This document shows, piece by piece, positions 26,654 to 38,397 of a DNA stretch of 64,000 nucleotides. Position 1 is the first letter of the stretch; each line of letters starts with the position of its first letter. The DNA is taken from positions 30,876,001-30,940,000 of the forward strand of contig NC_043003.1 of the NCBI RefSeq assembly GCF_006345805.1, given 5' to 3'. Below the pieces are notes generated by a model, which saw only the letters and a program-made list of their open reading frames with translations, did no database searches and was not told where the DNA came from. A program made the position numbers and the translations under genes. The stretch comes from Octopus sinensis (lineage: Eukaryota).

Positions 26654-26753
26654 NNNNNNNNNNNNNNNNNNNNNNNNNNNNNNNNNNNNNNNNNNNNNNN
26701 NNNNNNNNNNNNNNNNNNNNNNNNNNNNNNNNNNNNNNNNNNNNNNNNNNNNN
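26654..26753. other. Assembly gap (100 N)
   Basis: Run of N; the true size is unknown. Confidence 1.
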
Positions 26754-26770
26754 TCGGGTTAGGGTTAGGG

Positions 26771-27145
26771 GTATGTATGTATATATATATATCTGTATAT
26801 GTATGTATGTATGTATATATATATCTGTATATGTATGTATGTATGTATATATATCTGTATATGTATGTATGTATGTATATGTATGTATCTGTATATGTAT
26901 GTATGTATATGTATGTATGTATGTATATGTATATATCTGTATATGTATGTATGTATATATATCTGTATATGTATGTATGTATATGTATATATATCTGTAT
27001 ATGTATGTATGTATGTATACATGTATGTATATGTATGTATACATGTATGTATATGTATGTATGTATGTATGTATGTATATATGTATGTATATGTATGTAT
27101 ATATGTATGTATATGTATGTATATATGTATGTATATGTATGTATA
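26771..27145. repeat. (TATG)n-rich compound microsatellite
   Basis: Seen directly. Confidence 0.95.
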
Positions 27146-28045
27146 TCATCATCATCATCGTTTAGCGTCCGCTTTCCATGCTAGCATGGGTTGGACGGGT
27201 CAACTGGGGTCTGTGAAGCTGGAAGGCTTCGTCAAGCCCAGTCAGATCTGGCAGTGTTTCTACGGCTGGATGCCCTTCCTAACGCCAACCACTCTGCGAG
27301 TGTAGTGGGTGTTTTTTACGTGCCACCTGCACAGGTGCCAGACAGAGCTGGCGAACGGCCACGAACGGATGGTGCTTTTACGTGTCACCGGCACGGGGCC
27401 AGGCGATGCTGGCAACGGACACGAACGGATGGTGCTTTTACATGCCACCGACACGGGGCCAGACAGAGCTGGCAACTGGCCACGAACGGACGGTGTTTTT
27501 ACGTGTCACCGGCACGGGTCCAGCCGAGGCTGGCAACGGACGCAAACGGATGGTGCTTTTATGTGCCACCGACACGGTTGCCAGACAGAGCTGGCAAACG
27601 GCTACGAGCGGACGGTGCTTTTACGTGTCACCGGCACGGGGGTCAGCCGAGGCTGGCAACGGACACGAACGGATGGTGCTTTTACGTGCCACCGACACGG
27701 GGCCAGACAGAGCTGGCAAACGGCCACGAACGGACGGTGCTTTTACGTGTCACCGGCACGGGGCCAGGCGAGGCTGGCAACGAACACAAACGGATGGTGC
27801 TTTTACGTGCCACCGACACGGGGCCATGCAGAGCTGGCAAACGGCCAGGAGCGAATGGTGCTTTTACGTATCACCGGCACGGGTGCCAGACGAGGCTGAC
27901 ATCGGGCACGAACGGATATATGATTTGATTTTGATTGTTCTCACTGGTCTTGCCGGGTCTTCTCACGCACAGCATACTTCCATAGGTCTCGGTCTCTGGT
28001 CATTTCCTTGGTGAGACCTAGAGTTTGAAGGTCGTGCTTCACCTT
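27146..28045 (-). mobile_element. RTE-clade LINE 3' fragment: ORF C-terminus, 3' UTR with minisatellite, (GAT)n tail
   Basis: 28042-27941 reads VKHDLQTLGLTKEMTRDRDLWKYAVREKTRQDQ*, an RTE-type DRxxW C-terminus. The tail GGACGCTAAACGATGATGATG is shared with many short copies in the window. Confidence 0.8.
27308..27917. repeat. GC/CpG-rich minisatellite, ten ~60 bp units in strict A/B alternation (~121 bp higher-order repeat)
   Basis: A units contain GTGCCACCGACAC...GACAGAGCTGGCAAACGG; B units contain GTGTCACCGGCAC...GAGGCTGGCAACGGAC. Confidence 0.9.
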
Positions 28046-28075
28046 CTTTTATATATATATGTATATGTATATATA

Positions 28076-28232
28076 TCATCATCATCATCGTTTAACGTCC
28101 GCTTTCCATGCTAGCATGGGTTGGACGGTTCAACTGGGGTCTGGCAAGCCCGAAGGCTGCACCAGGCCAGTCAGATTTGGCAGTGTTTCTACAGCTGGAT
28201 GCCCTTCCTAACGCCAACCACTCCGAGAGTGT
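28076..28232 (-). mobile_element. Short RTE 3'-end copy
   Basis: CATCATCGTTTAACGTCCGCTTTCCATGCTAGCATGGG... module. Similar copies lie near 7195-7395, 8270-8460, 11880-12005, 20360-20580, 22340-22450, 49260-49650, 52930-53100 and 61140-61260. Confidence 0.8.
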
Positions 28233-28857
28233 ATATACATATGTATATGTATATATATATATATGTATATATATATGTGTATATGTATATGTATATATGT
28301 ATATGTATATATATATATGTGTATATGTATATATATATATGTGTATTGTATTATATATATGTGTATATGTATATATATATGTGTGTATATGTATATATAT
28401 ATGTGTGTATATGTATATATATATGTGTGTATATGTATATATATATGTGTATATATGTATATATATATGTGTATATATGTATATATATATGTGTATATAT
28501 GTATATATATATGTGTATATATGTATATATATATGTGTATATATGTATATATATATGTGTGTATATATATGTATATATATATGTGTATATATATGTGTAT
28601 ATATATGTGTATATATATGTGTATATATATGTGTATATATATGTGTATATATGTGTGTGTATATATGTGTGTGTATATATGTGTGTGTGTATATGTGTGT
28701 GTATATATGTGTGTATGTATATGTATATATATGTATATGTATATATGTGTATATATGTATATGTATATATGTGTATATATGTATATGTATATATGTATAT
28801 ATGTGTATATATGTATATGTATATATGTGTATATATGTATATGTATGTATGTATATT
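28231..28857. repeat. Compound (TA)/(TG) microsatellite
   Basis: Seen directly. Confidence 0.95.
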
Positions 28858-29024
28858 CACAAGAGATGACAAAGGAAAAAAACGATTGTTATGAATTTCT
28901 TTTATTGCTATTTCTGCTATAAGATGCAGTGGGCTCCTAGTCGAGTGCCTGAATAACACCTTATAGCTTCATTGGAGCCTTGAATATGAAGTGCAATTTG
29001 TGTGTGCGTGTGTGTGTGTGTATG

Positions 29025-29049
<25 letters not shown>

Positions 29050-29060
<11 letters not shown>

Positions 29061-29270
29061 CTTTTATTCTTTTAATTGTTTCAGTCATTTGACTGTGGCC
29101 ATGCTGGAGCACCGCCTTTAGTTGAGCAGCTTGACCCCAGGACTTATTCTTTGTAAGCTTAGTAGATATTCTATTGGTCTCTTTTGAGACCATAACTGAA
29201 CTAAGTTATGGGGACGTAAACACACCAGTACCGGTTGTCAAGCGATGTTGGGGGACAAACACACACACAC

Positions 29271-29306
<36 letters not shown>

Positions 29307-29335
29307 GCACACTGTGTGTACACACACACACACAT

Positions 29336-29374
<39 letters not shown>

Positions 29375-29850
29375 GGTAAAGGCGTGTGGCTTAGTGGTAA
29401 TGTATTCGGCTCACGATTGTAAGGTCATGAGTTCGATTCTTGGTGATGTGTTGTGTCCTTGAGCAAGACACTTTATTTCATGTTGCCCCAGTCCACTTAG
29501 CCAAAAATGAGTTGTACTTGTATTTCAAAGGGCCAGCCTTGTCACACTCTGTGTCACGCTGAATCTGCCTGAGAACTAAGATACAAATATCTGTGGATTG
29601 CTCAATCACTTGCACATTAATTTCACAAGCAGGCTGTTCTGTCGATCATATCAGCTGGGACCCTCGTCGTCGTAATCGGCAGAGTGCTCCTATACACGAC
29701 AGGCTTTTTTCAGTTTCAGTCTGCCAAATCCACTCACAAGGCCTGAGGCTATAGTAGAAGACACTTGCCCAAGGTGCCACACAGTAGGACTGAACCCAGA
29801 ACTATATGGTTGATAAGCAAGCTACTTACCACACAACCACTCCTGCACCT
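29050..29850 (-). mobile_element. SINE family A copy split by a nested family B SINE
   Basis: Head at 29850-29690, 3' module at 29275-29050, with an opposite-strand SINE in its internal (TA)n. Confidence 0.7.
29381..29690 (+). mobile_element. tRNA-derived SINE family B
   Basis: A box TGGCTTAGTGG, B box GAGTTCGATTC, body TGTGTCCTTGAGCAAGACAC. A second copy lies at ~15440-15740. Confidence 0.8.
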
Positions 29851-29856
29851 ATATAT

Positions 29857-30055
29857 CTTGGCGGAATTTGAACTCAGAAAGTATGTCGTTACGTTCTGAG
29901 TTCAAATTCCGCCGAGGTCAACTTTGCCTTTCATCCTTTCGGGGTTGATAAATAAAGTACCAGTTTCGTACTGGGGGGTAATATAATCGACTCAATCCCT
30001 TCGTCTGTCCTTGTTTGTCCCCTCTATGTTTAGCCCCTTCTGGGCAGTAAAGAAA
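29857..30055 (+). mobile_element. 5'-truncated SINE family C copy with a 5' foldback
   Basis: Perfect 20 bp inverted repeat 29860-29879 / 29894-29913 at its 5' junction. Confidence 0.75.
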
Positions 30056-30056
30056 T

Positions 30057-30104
<48 letters not shown>

Positions 30105-30164
30105 TTTTAGTAATGAGATAAAAAACCAAAGCTGTGTAGATTTTAGAACATTTATAGACAGAAG

Positions 30165-30213
30165 GTCTTACAGCTGTTTCCAGGATATTTTATTATATCT
30201 CTTCATCGGAGAC
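30165..30213 (-). ncRNA. Putative minimal type-I hammerhead ribozyme of the Penelope element
   Basis: Minus strand GTCT-CCGATGA-A-GAGATA[TAATAAAA]TATCCTG-GAAA-CAGCTG-TA-AGAC: stem I GTCT/AGAC, core, imperfect stem II, palindromic stem III, GUA cleavage triplet. Confidence 0.65.
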
Positions 30214-30782
30214 ACTGTGAGAGGATGGTTAAGTAATAGTTAATTTAGATAAGATACAAAATCCAGAGTGAGGTGGAGGAAAGAGAATAGATGTGAGATG
30301 TGTAGGGATATTGTATTTGTAGATCCATTTTTGTTAGGCAGAATGGTATACATATAAGATTCCAATACCTTATGAGTATAATCCAATAGTATTTAAAATT
30401 GGTCATTCCAAGTATAGTGTTATTGAATCAAGGGTTTTATTTAAAGTGAGCTAAAAATAGGGAGTGTATTAGTAGGGTCAAATTGAAAACAGGAAGAGAA
30501 AAAAGAAAAAAGAGAAGGATAAGAAAGTAAAAATAAAATAAAATAATATAATAATAAAAAATAAAAAACAGGAAGAGAGGAATAAAGGAAGGAAAGAAAT
30601 AAGAAAAAAGAAAAACAAAGATATAGATTTAGACCAGTTAGTAATCTGTGGAGATAATTTGAAAGTAGGAGTGGGTAGATAAAGAGTGATAGAGAGAGAA
30701 AGGTTTTATAGTGTAAAAAGATAGAAGGAATGGGGGGGGGTGATGAAAGGTAAAGGAATGACAAATGTGTAGTGAGGGTTAA

Positions 30783-31010
30783 TCATCATCATCGTTTAAT
30801 GTCCGCTTTCCATGCTAGCATGGGTTGGACGGTTCAACTGGGGTCTGGGGAGCCCGAAGGCTGCACCAGGCCAGTCAAATCTGGCAGTGTTTCTACAGCT
30901 GGATGCCCTTCCTAATGCCAACCACTCCGAGAGTGTAGTGGGTGATTTTATGTGCCACCGACACAGGTGCCAGACGAGGCTGGCGAACGGCCACACTCGG
31001 ATGGTGTTTT
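30783..31010 (-). mobile_element. RTE 3'-end copy nested in the Penelope fragment
   Basis: Near-consensus RTE tail module plus one 60 bp minisatellite unit. Confidence 0.8.
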
Positions 31011-31829
31011 TTAGTAATGAATTAAGAATTTAGGAATTTAGATGGTTTGGCAGGTCAGTGCTTAGTAATATAAGAAAATATATATGTGAAGATGTATATA
31101 TATGTATATATTAGACATGTATTTATACAGATGTTTATACATATCAATATCTACACGCACAACTCTTACTCGTATGTATATGCACACCTGTATATACCTG
31201 AATCTGCATGTATTATCGCCCTGTATGCACGGGTATATATACTGTGAATACATACGTACATTCATACATATACACACACATGTGGATGGATACACATACA
31301 CACGAATATAATTAGATGGTTGTGATGTTCGAGTATGAGTGAGGAATTAGATAGGGGTTAGGAATGAGAATGTAGATTTATATGTTATTGGGATTACCTA
31401 AGGGGTGTTGTGGAAATGCACTGTATGGTCGTTTAGGCTTTTGAATGTGTGAAAAAAGCGGTGGTTTCATGTGCTTAGTGCCTCATGCTTATTTAGCAGT
31501 GTTGGAGAGTTTTTGCATTAATGTGAAGTGCCTCCTTCAGGCAAGGTTTGCAGGTTGAGCGTTGACCTTGGTAAGGAAGTCCAGAGTCCAGTATGGACCA
31601 TGATAGAGTATAGGGTATATTTGTATTTTTGAGATGATGTATGCAGTTGGCAAGTGTTGTAGGTTTACTATGTTTATCATATCTAAAAGAATGGAGGTGA
31701 GTGGCATATTGTTGCTTAAAATTTTTGGTTGATCCTATGTATATGGCTGTAGAGTTGTGTAATAGATTAAGGACTGTGCATTTGTAAATTACATTATATC
31801 TTCTGCAATGGGTTTGTAACAGGCAGATG

Positions 31830-32445
31830 GTTCCAGGATGGCAATTACAAATATGTACTCTGCAGGTTGGATATCCAACAGAAGAACAAAACTCGCATTA
31901 CATACACAACACACAGTACAAACACTAATACAACAGAAGACTCAAACCAAAGCCCATAACAAAAGAAATACTGAGAAGTGTTTGTACTCACCCAACCACA
32001 AAGAAACACAAGAACATATAATGCTGCACATGCCCCAGCAACACAGAGGTGTAGCAGGTGATGCAGTAGAAATTTGCATGAAACTCTCAAATATCGAATT
32101 ATGAGCAGAAGTAGTGCAGAATTCTTTGGGGTTTGAATAATTCACCTCTGGAAACATAGATATTTCATTCATTATCCTTAAACAACCCTTATTCTGGGAC
32201 TTTTGAGTGGGATGGGCTATTTGACCAGAAAAAAAAATCCTAACAGGGCCCCACCTGGAAGGTCATGTGCTGTTTATCTTGATAGGATATCATCATATCA
32301 TGCACATATGGTTGTGATGCATGTGCCTGATGTACCCTTATCAGATGGGTAGTCATAATAGATATATTGGGCTTTGTATATTTGTGCCCCAGTGACACTT
32401 TGATGGCATGCGCTGCTCTCTCACTCAATAATAATAATAATCATG
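31830..32445 (+). mobile_element. Degenerate RLE-type non-LTR fragment (zinc-knuckle relic) joined to a dispersed 3' module ending in (AAT)n
   Basis: KCLYSPNHKETQEHIM resembles a decayed CCHC motif. 32105-32445 matches 56345-56700 (inverted) and partly 36345-36510. Confidence 0.5.
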
Positions 32446-34981
32446 TAAAATTTTGGCATAAGGCCAGCAATTTCAGAGGAGGGGACAGTTTGATTACATC
32501 AGTCCCAGTGCTCAACTAGTAGTTATTTTATTGATCCTGAAAGGAAGAAAGACAAAGTCAATCTCAGCAGAATTTGGACTCTGAACTTAAAAAGCCAGAA
32601 GAAATGCAATTTGTCCAGAGTGCCAATAATTCTGTCAGCTCACCACATTCTATTTCAACTGTAGACACAACACCTGAAAGTTTTGAGTGGAGGGTTTAAT
32701 CAATTAAGTTAACCCTAGTGCTCAACTGGTACTTATTTTATCAATCCCGAAAGGATGAATGGTAACATTGACCATGGTAAGATTTGAACTCAAATAATAA
32801 TAATTATAAGACGTGGGGCTGCATTACGTTTTGTGCAAGGACATAAAACATGTCCTTTTCCAATATTCCTAATTGTAGAACTGCCAGTTACCTGGGCATT
32901 GACACACACACACATATTTTAGTAACTTACAATACTGGGAGTCAATGATCCCTTCAAACATGAATGAGTGAGAGTTGCAATGCTTAATATGTTTCTTATG
33001 AAGCTACTTTGAAGTGTTATATTGTCATTATGTATTTTACTAGAATAACAGTGTAATTAATTTTCATTCTGAAAGTTGTATGTAAGTAGTCTGAGAGAGA
33101 AGATAGGGTTCTGTAGGACCATATTACCTAATGTGTCTCTCCCTTTTCAAAATAATAGTATATGATTGGAGAGAGATTTGGCTGCTGTTTGTAGTTTTCA
33201 AGCAATCACTTACAAATTTCCGTTATTACAGGAGTAGAGAAACCTGTATGTATATTGTGTATTATGCTTTGTATGATTTTTATGTAGGTGGAAAGGACTT
33301 GTAATTAAATTAAGCTATTTTGTTCTCGAAGTGAAGTAAATTGTTTTGCTGGTTTATCTTTTACTTGTTTTAATCATTGGATTGTGGCCATACTGGGGCA
33401 CTAGTTTGGAGGGTTTTAGCTAAATGTGTGAACCCCAGTACTTTTTTTTTTGTTAAGTTCACTTATCCTGTTTGGTCTCCTGTGCTGAATTGCTAAGTTA
33501 CATAAGCATGATGGAACCAACACCATTTGTCAAGCAGTGGTAGGAGACAAACAAACACACACACAATGAGCTTCTTTTCAGTTTCTGTCTACTAGATCCA
33601 CTTGCAAGGATTTGGTCAGCCTAGGGTTATTGTGTAGAAGGCTCTTGCTCAAGGTCCCATGCAATAACTGGACTGGACTCAGGGCCTTATGGCTGGGAAG
33701 CAAACTTCTTAACACACAGCTATGCTTGTACCTGCATCAATTTATTTATTATATTGACTCTTTCATGCTGAATTCCTTCTTTTCTAGAAATCTAGGACTA
33801 TTTTTGTAGAGGAGAAGAACAATTGAGTGGAACAACTTGATTTTTCCTGGTCCATTTACTTTTTATTGATCCATAAAAGATGAAAGCAAAGTTGTTTCAT
33901 GTGAGACTTGAACTTTCCAAACTTGCTTCTGATAGAGAAGTTCTAACTCAATATTCTGTTATTTAGTCATGCATTTCACTGCTCTATGGTATGTACTCCA
34001 TCATACTGACAATGGCATTTGAGGATATGAAGATATTTTACTGAATTACATAGATGGCACAGTGGTGGAGTAAAGTCTAGAAAAAGTTAGATAATATGTA
34101 TACATCTTGTGTGTTAAGCCTTTCAGCTACTGCATATCAATATTAGGAGGAAGTAAAAGAATAATGAAAGAGGAATCTAATATGTAGAAGTGTCCATGTG
34201 TGTTATCACCCTTGAGGAGAAATCATTGAAATTCATGTCACAAAAATTTACATAACCAGCTGCCTGTAGCATAGGATATCCAAGTGTCAAGTATATATGA
34301 CAGGAAGTTCTGCTAGCAGGATTACACTATTGTAATAAGCTCACATTCTCATGTATGCAAACACACATGTATAAATTCAGATATGCATGCTCATACATTT
34401 GTGTGTACACATGCGCACGCACACACACACACACATGTTTGCATGCACACAGATATGTGTTGATATTAATGTATACATTAACACACATGAACAAACTGAA
34501 CCATACATTGTCATGATTTTTAATGAATAATACCTTAATCATACTGTAAATCATCATTTACTCATTGTATGTCAGTGTATGGCTTAACTGATTTTGTTGT
34601 TATTGCCTCACTTTGCAACCATATGGTGTCAGGTTCAGTTTTGTTATCTGCTATAGCTCCAGACTGGTCAGTGTCTTGTGATTGAATTTGGCAGGCAGAA
34701 ACTGTGTGGAAGCTTGTTCTGTGTGCATGCATTTATATCTGTGTTTGTCACTCACCATTTGAAAGCAGGTGTTGGTTTGTTTGTGGTCTTATAGCCTAGC
34801 AGTTCCACAAAGAGAGACCAAAGTATTGGACACATTTTGAAGGTGATATACCAACGTGCTTACAGTCTGATGAATGAAACAAGTAAAAGACTGAAAAAAT
34901 AAAGAATATAATTCTATCTAGAAGTGTACATTATCCAATTATCCAATGTAGTCTTCTTTTCTTGAAGACAGCAGCATGTGT

Positions 34982-35384
34982 ATTGAGGTGGGATTTGACT
35001 GCTTTCTAGCTCGTCAAGTGACCACATAGCAGCACCTTCATTAGATTGTAACAGATGTTGCATTTGGTCTTGATGTAACAGAGTGAATCTGTAATATTTG
35101 AAGACAATGTTGGTTATTGAGGTGGGATTTGACTGCTTTCTAGCTCGTCAAGTGACCATATAGTGGCACCTTCATTAGATTGTAACAGATGTTGCATTTA
35201 GTCTTGATGTAACAGAGTGAATCTGTAATATTTGAAGACAATGTTGGTTATTGAGGTGGGATTTGACTGCTTTCTAGCTCGTCAAGTGACCATATAGTGG
35301 CACCTTCATTAGATTGTAACAGATGTTGCATTTGGTCTTGATATAACAGAGTGAATCTGTAATATTTGAAGGCAATGTTGGTTA
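34982..35384. repeat. Tandem triplication of a 134 bp unit
   Basis: ATTGAGGTGGGATTTGACTGC starts at 34982, 35116 and 35250; the units differ at only a few positions. Confidence 0.95.
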
Positions 35385-37519
35385 CAAATTTTGGTACAAG
35401 GCTGGATTTGAAGGCCGTATCAATTCAACTTAATTTATGCATGATCTTTTTCTTAGAAATCCTTTGGTTTTTGACAGTTGCCTTGTGTTGTAGAGATATT
35501 TTATTAGAACTTGTTGAGGCTTTCATTGGGTTATATAGATTAATCTAATAAGAAAGATTGTTTGCTTGTCAAAGGTTTTTTCCTCAAAGAGAGATTTGAA
35601 ATGAACATTATAAACTACTGACTCTCTTATCGAGTATACAGTGCTTCTACTGCCTATGGCTAGAAACAAAACCGAACCAGTGAAAGTGTCATTTTCTAGG
35701 TTGTTAGTGATATAAATGAAGTGTGGTAGTTAAAAGTAGTTATTAAAACTGTTACACAATATCATTTAAACTATGAACTTACTGCCGTGACTCTCCTTTG
35801 TGTACATTAGGATTTCTAGAATTTGCACAGGGCCACAGTTTTTGTGAGAGAGAACTGTTGATTAAATCAACTATGATACTTGATTAGTATAAATAGTTAA
35901 TTTAAGACAAGAAAAATTAAAGTCAAAGTTGAATTTTAGAAAGATTTGAACTCGGGTTCTGCCATCTCCATGATAATAGTTATATTGTTATTGTTGGGAG
36001 AGAAATAATATGGATAATATTATCTCCTGGCTAAGCTGCCTACCTATGGATCTTTCTATTTCTCATCTCTTAGACAGAAACTCGCTGTCATATTACACCA
36101 TATACAACATATACTAATGAGTATCTCTCAGTCACTGAGAGCCCTGTGTAACAAAATAATTTTTTTTTAATCTTTGGTCAGTAAGTGTTATTCCCTATTT
36201 GCTTCTGTCTAGAAATCAAAGGAAACAACTACTATTTTCTTCAAGCTTTGCTTTTGTGACCTGAACATCAAAGTTTTGAAACTGACCTATTTTCCATTAT
36301 ATTTCAAATATAGTCATCTTTGAGTTGTTGAAGCAGAAATATTGTTATAGCAAATATTCTGCTCAATATCACAGATTTGCTTGTCAGTTGTTTGATCTTA
36401 ACTACTTGAGCATGTCCCTTAGTGGTTGACCATATGTGCATCTCTGATCATGAACAGGAGTAGCTGGGGAGCACCATAGCCAATGTTTTGAGAGGGATTC
36501 TTTGGGGTTTGAAGAAATGTAACAAAAACAAAGTTTGAAGGAAATATTAGCCATTTTCCATACTTTCTAGAGGTAAGCAAATAGGAAATAACAGTTGCTA
36601 CCAAAGAACAAAAATCATGTTATACATTATAATTTTTGGCAATCTCAAACTACAGCATAGTAAAGAAAACTGTACCCCAAAGACTGGTCCTCTTTTCCAG
36701 AGCTTAAAAATCTTTTAACTTTAGACAACAGCTGATTCTTCAAAAAACTCAAGAATATAGAATAGAATGTTGCTGCCATATCTTGGACAATGCTACTGTG
36801 GTATGCATAAACATTTACACCCCAAAAGAAACAAAAAAATCTAGCTAATTAACATGCAGTTATGCTCTAATGATTTGCAATATTTAACCCATAAAGGTAT
36901 TATCTTCTCATTCTGGTTTTTCTACTTCTACAATACCACCTTCTCCACAAAGCCTAGCTACTTGCATGCAACCACCACCCAAACAAGTTCACTTTCCACC
37001 CCACCCCCTCTTGTCACCTGTCCTAAATATTCTTTCCCATGGCCTTATACTAGTCACTATTATCCTACACGATAGTCTATGTGCATGTATATATGAAATA
37101 CTAATTTAGCTTGTCAGTTGTAGCTCTGATTAAGAAGATTGTTTCCCATCCATCTGGTCTTCAGTTTAGTTCTACTGTGCAGCACCTTGGGCAAATGTCT
37201 TCTACTTGTAGCGCTGGGCTGACTGAAACCTTGTGAGTGGATTTGGTAGATGGAAACTGAAGGTGTTGTGTGTGTGTGTGAGAGTGGGGGTATGCATACC
37301 ATTGTCTTGACATCACATGATGGTTGAAAAAAGTGTCATTGTTATACAAGTGGTGTTGTTTGTTTCCAGTCTTCCATGAAAAATGTGTCTGCACATGGGG
37401 AAATATTACCTTACACTCCTCAATCACATGGTTTCAAGATTCTATCCCACTGTATGGTATCTTGGACATTGAGCAATGTCTTGTGAGTTAAATTTAGTAG
37501 CTGGAAACTCTGCAAGCCT

Positions 37520-37551
<32 letters not shown>

Positions 37552-37924
37552 AGTGTGCATGTAATTAATAAGTATTTATTTATACACAGCACAACATGTA
37601 TAAAATCTGAGACAAATTTAAATTAGTTAAATTACTGTTTTAAGCTTTTGACTGAATTTTTAAACAGATGTAAGTACATTTTATTTATCTCTTTATGCAT
37701 AGAAAAATAAAGGAAAATTGTCCTGACACGTTTCCCATTCATTGACCATTCATCTAAGGACAAGTACCTCCTCATTCATTGGCTCATGAAGAGAACTATA
37801 GTAAATTGCTATAGGCCTGTCTTTGTGTCTAAGAAGGTTACCAAAGCCTTGTGAATGGATTTGGTTGGTAGAAACTGAATCTTATCGTGTGTGTACACTT
37901 GCACATAATAATAATAATATTAAT

Positions 37925-38397
37925 CCTTTCTACTATAGGCACAAGGGCTGGGATTTTGTGGGGAGGTGGGTTAGTCAATTACATTAACTCCAGTGATCAT
38001 TTACTGCTTATTTTATCAACCCCCTCCACCTTCACTGAAAGGATGAAAGGCAAAGCTGGCCTTGGTGGAATTTGAGCTTTGAATGTAAAGATGGATGGAA
38101 TGCTGCTAGGTATTTTGTCTGGCATGCTAATGATTCTGCCAGCTCACTTCCTTTATAATAATAATAATAATAATAATAATCTTTTCTAATATAAGCACAA
38201 GGCCTGAAATTTTTTGGGGAGGGAGCCAGTTGATTACATCGACTCTGGTGATTCACTGGTACTTAATTTATCAACCCCAAAAGGATGAAAGGCAAAGTTG
38301 ACCTTGGCAGAATTTGAACCCAGAACATGAAGACAGACGAAATGCCACTAAGCATTTTGCTTGGTGTGCTAACAATTCTGCAAGCTCACCACCTTAA
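37925..38397 (-). mobile_element. Two tandem SINE family C copies separated by (AAT)n
   Basis: Both carry GGATGAAAGGCAAAG...GAATTTGA and end in AAT repeats. Confidence 0.75.

Larger units (their letters stand above)
30110..31830 (-). mobile_element. Penelope-like element fragment (GIY-YIG endonuclease C-terminus and 3' region), interrupted by an RTE 3' end
   Basis: 31828-31493 reads ICLLQTHCRRYNVIYKCTV...AIYIGSTKNFKQQY...WSILDSGLPY...CKPCLKEA, then a frameshifted LNKHE. A hammerhead motif lies near the distal end. Confidence 0.85.

Noticed and set aside
27308-27917. CRISPR-like appearance of the regularly spaced palindromic repeats, and the overlapping 196-245 aa ORFs
   Set aside because: There are no unique spacers and no cas genes, and the context is eukaryotic. 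The units are a tandem array in an RTE 3' UTR, and the ORFs are open only because the GC-rich unit lacks stops.
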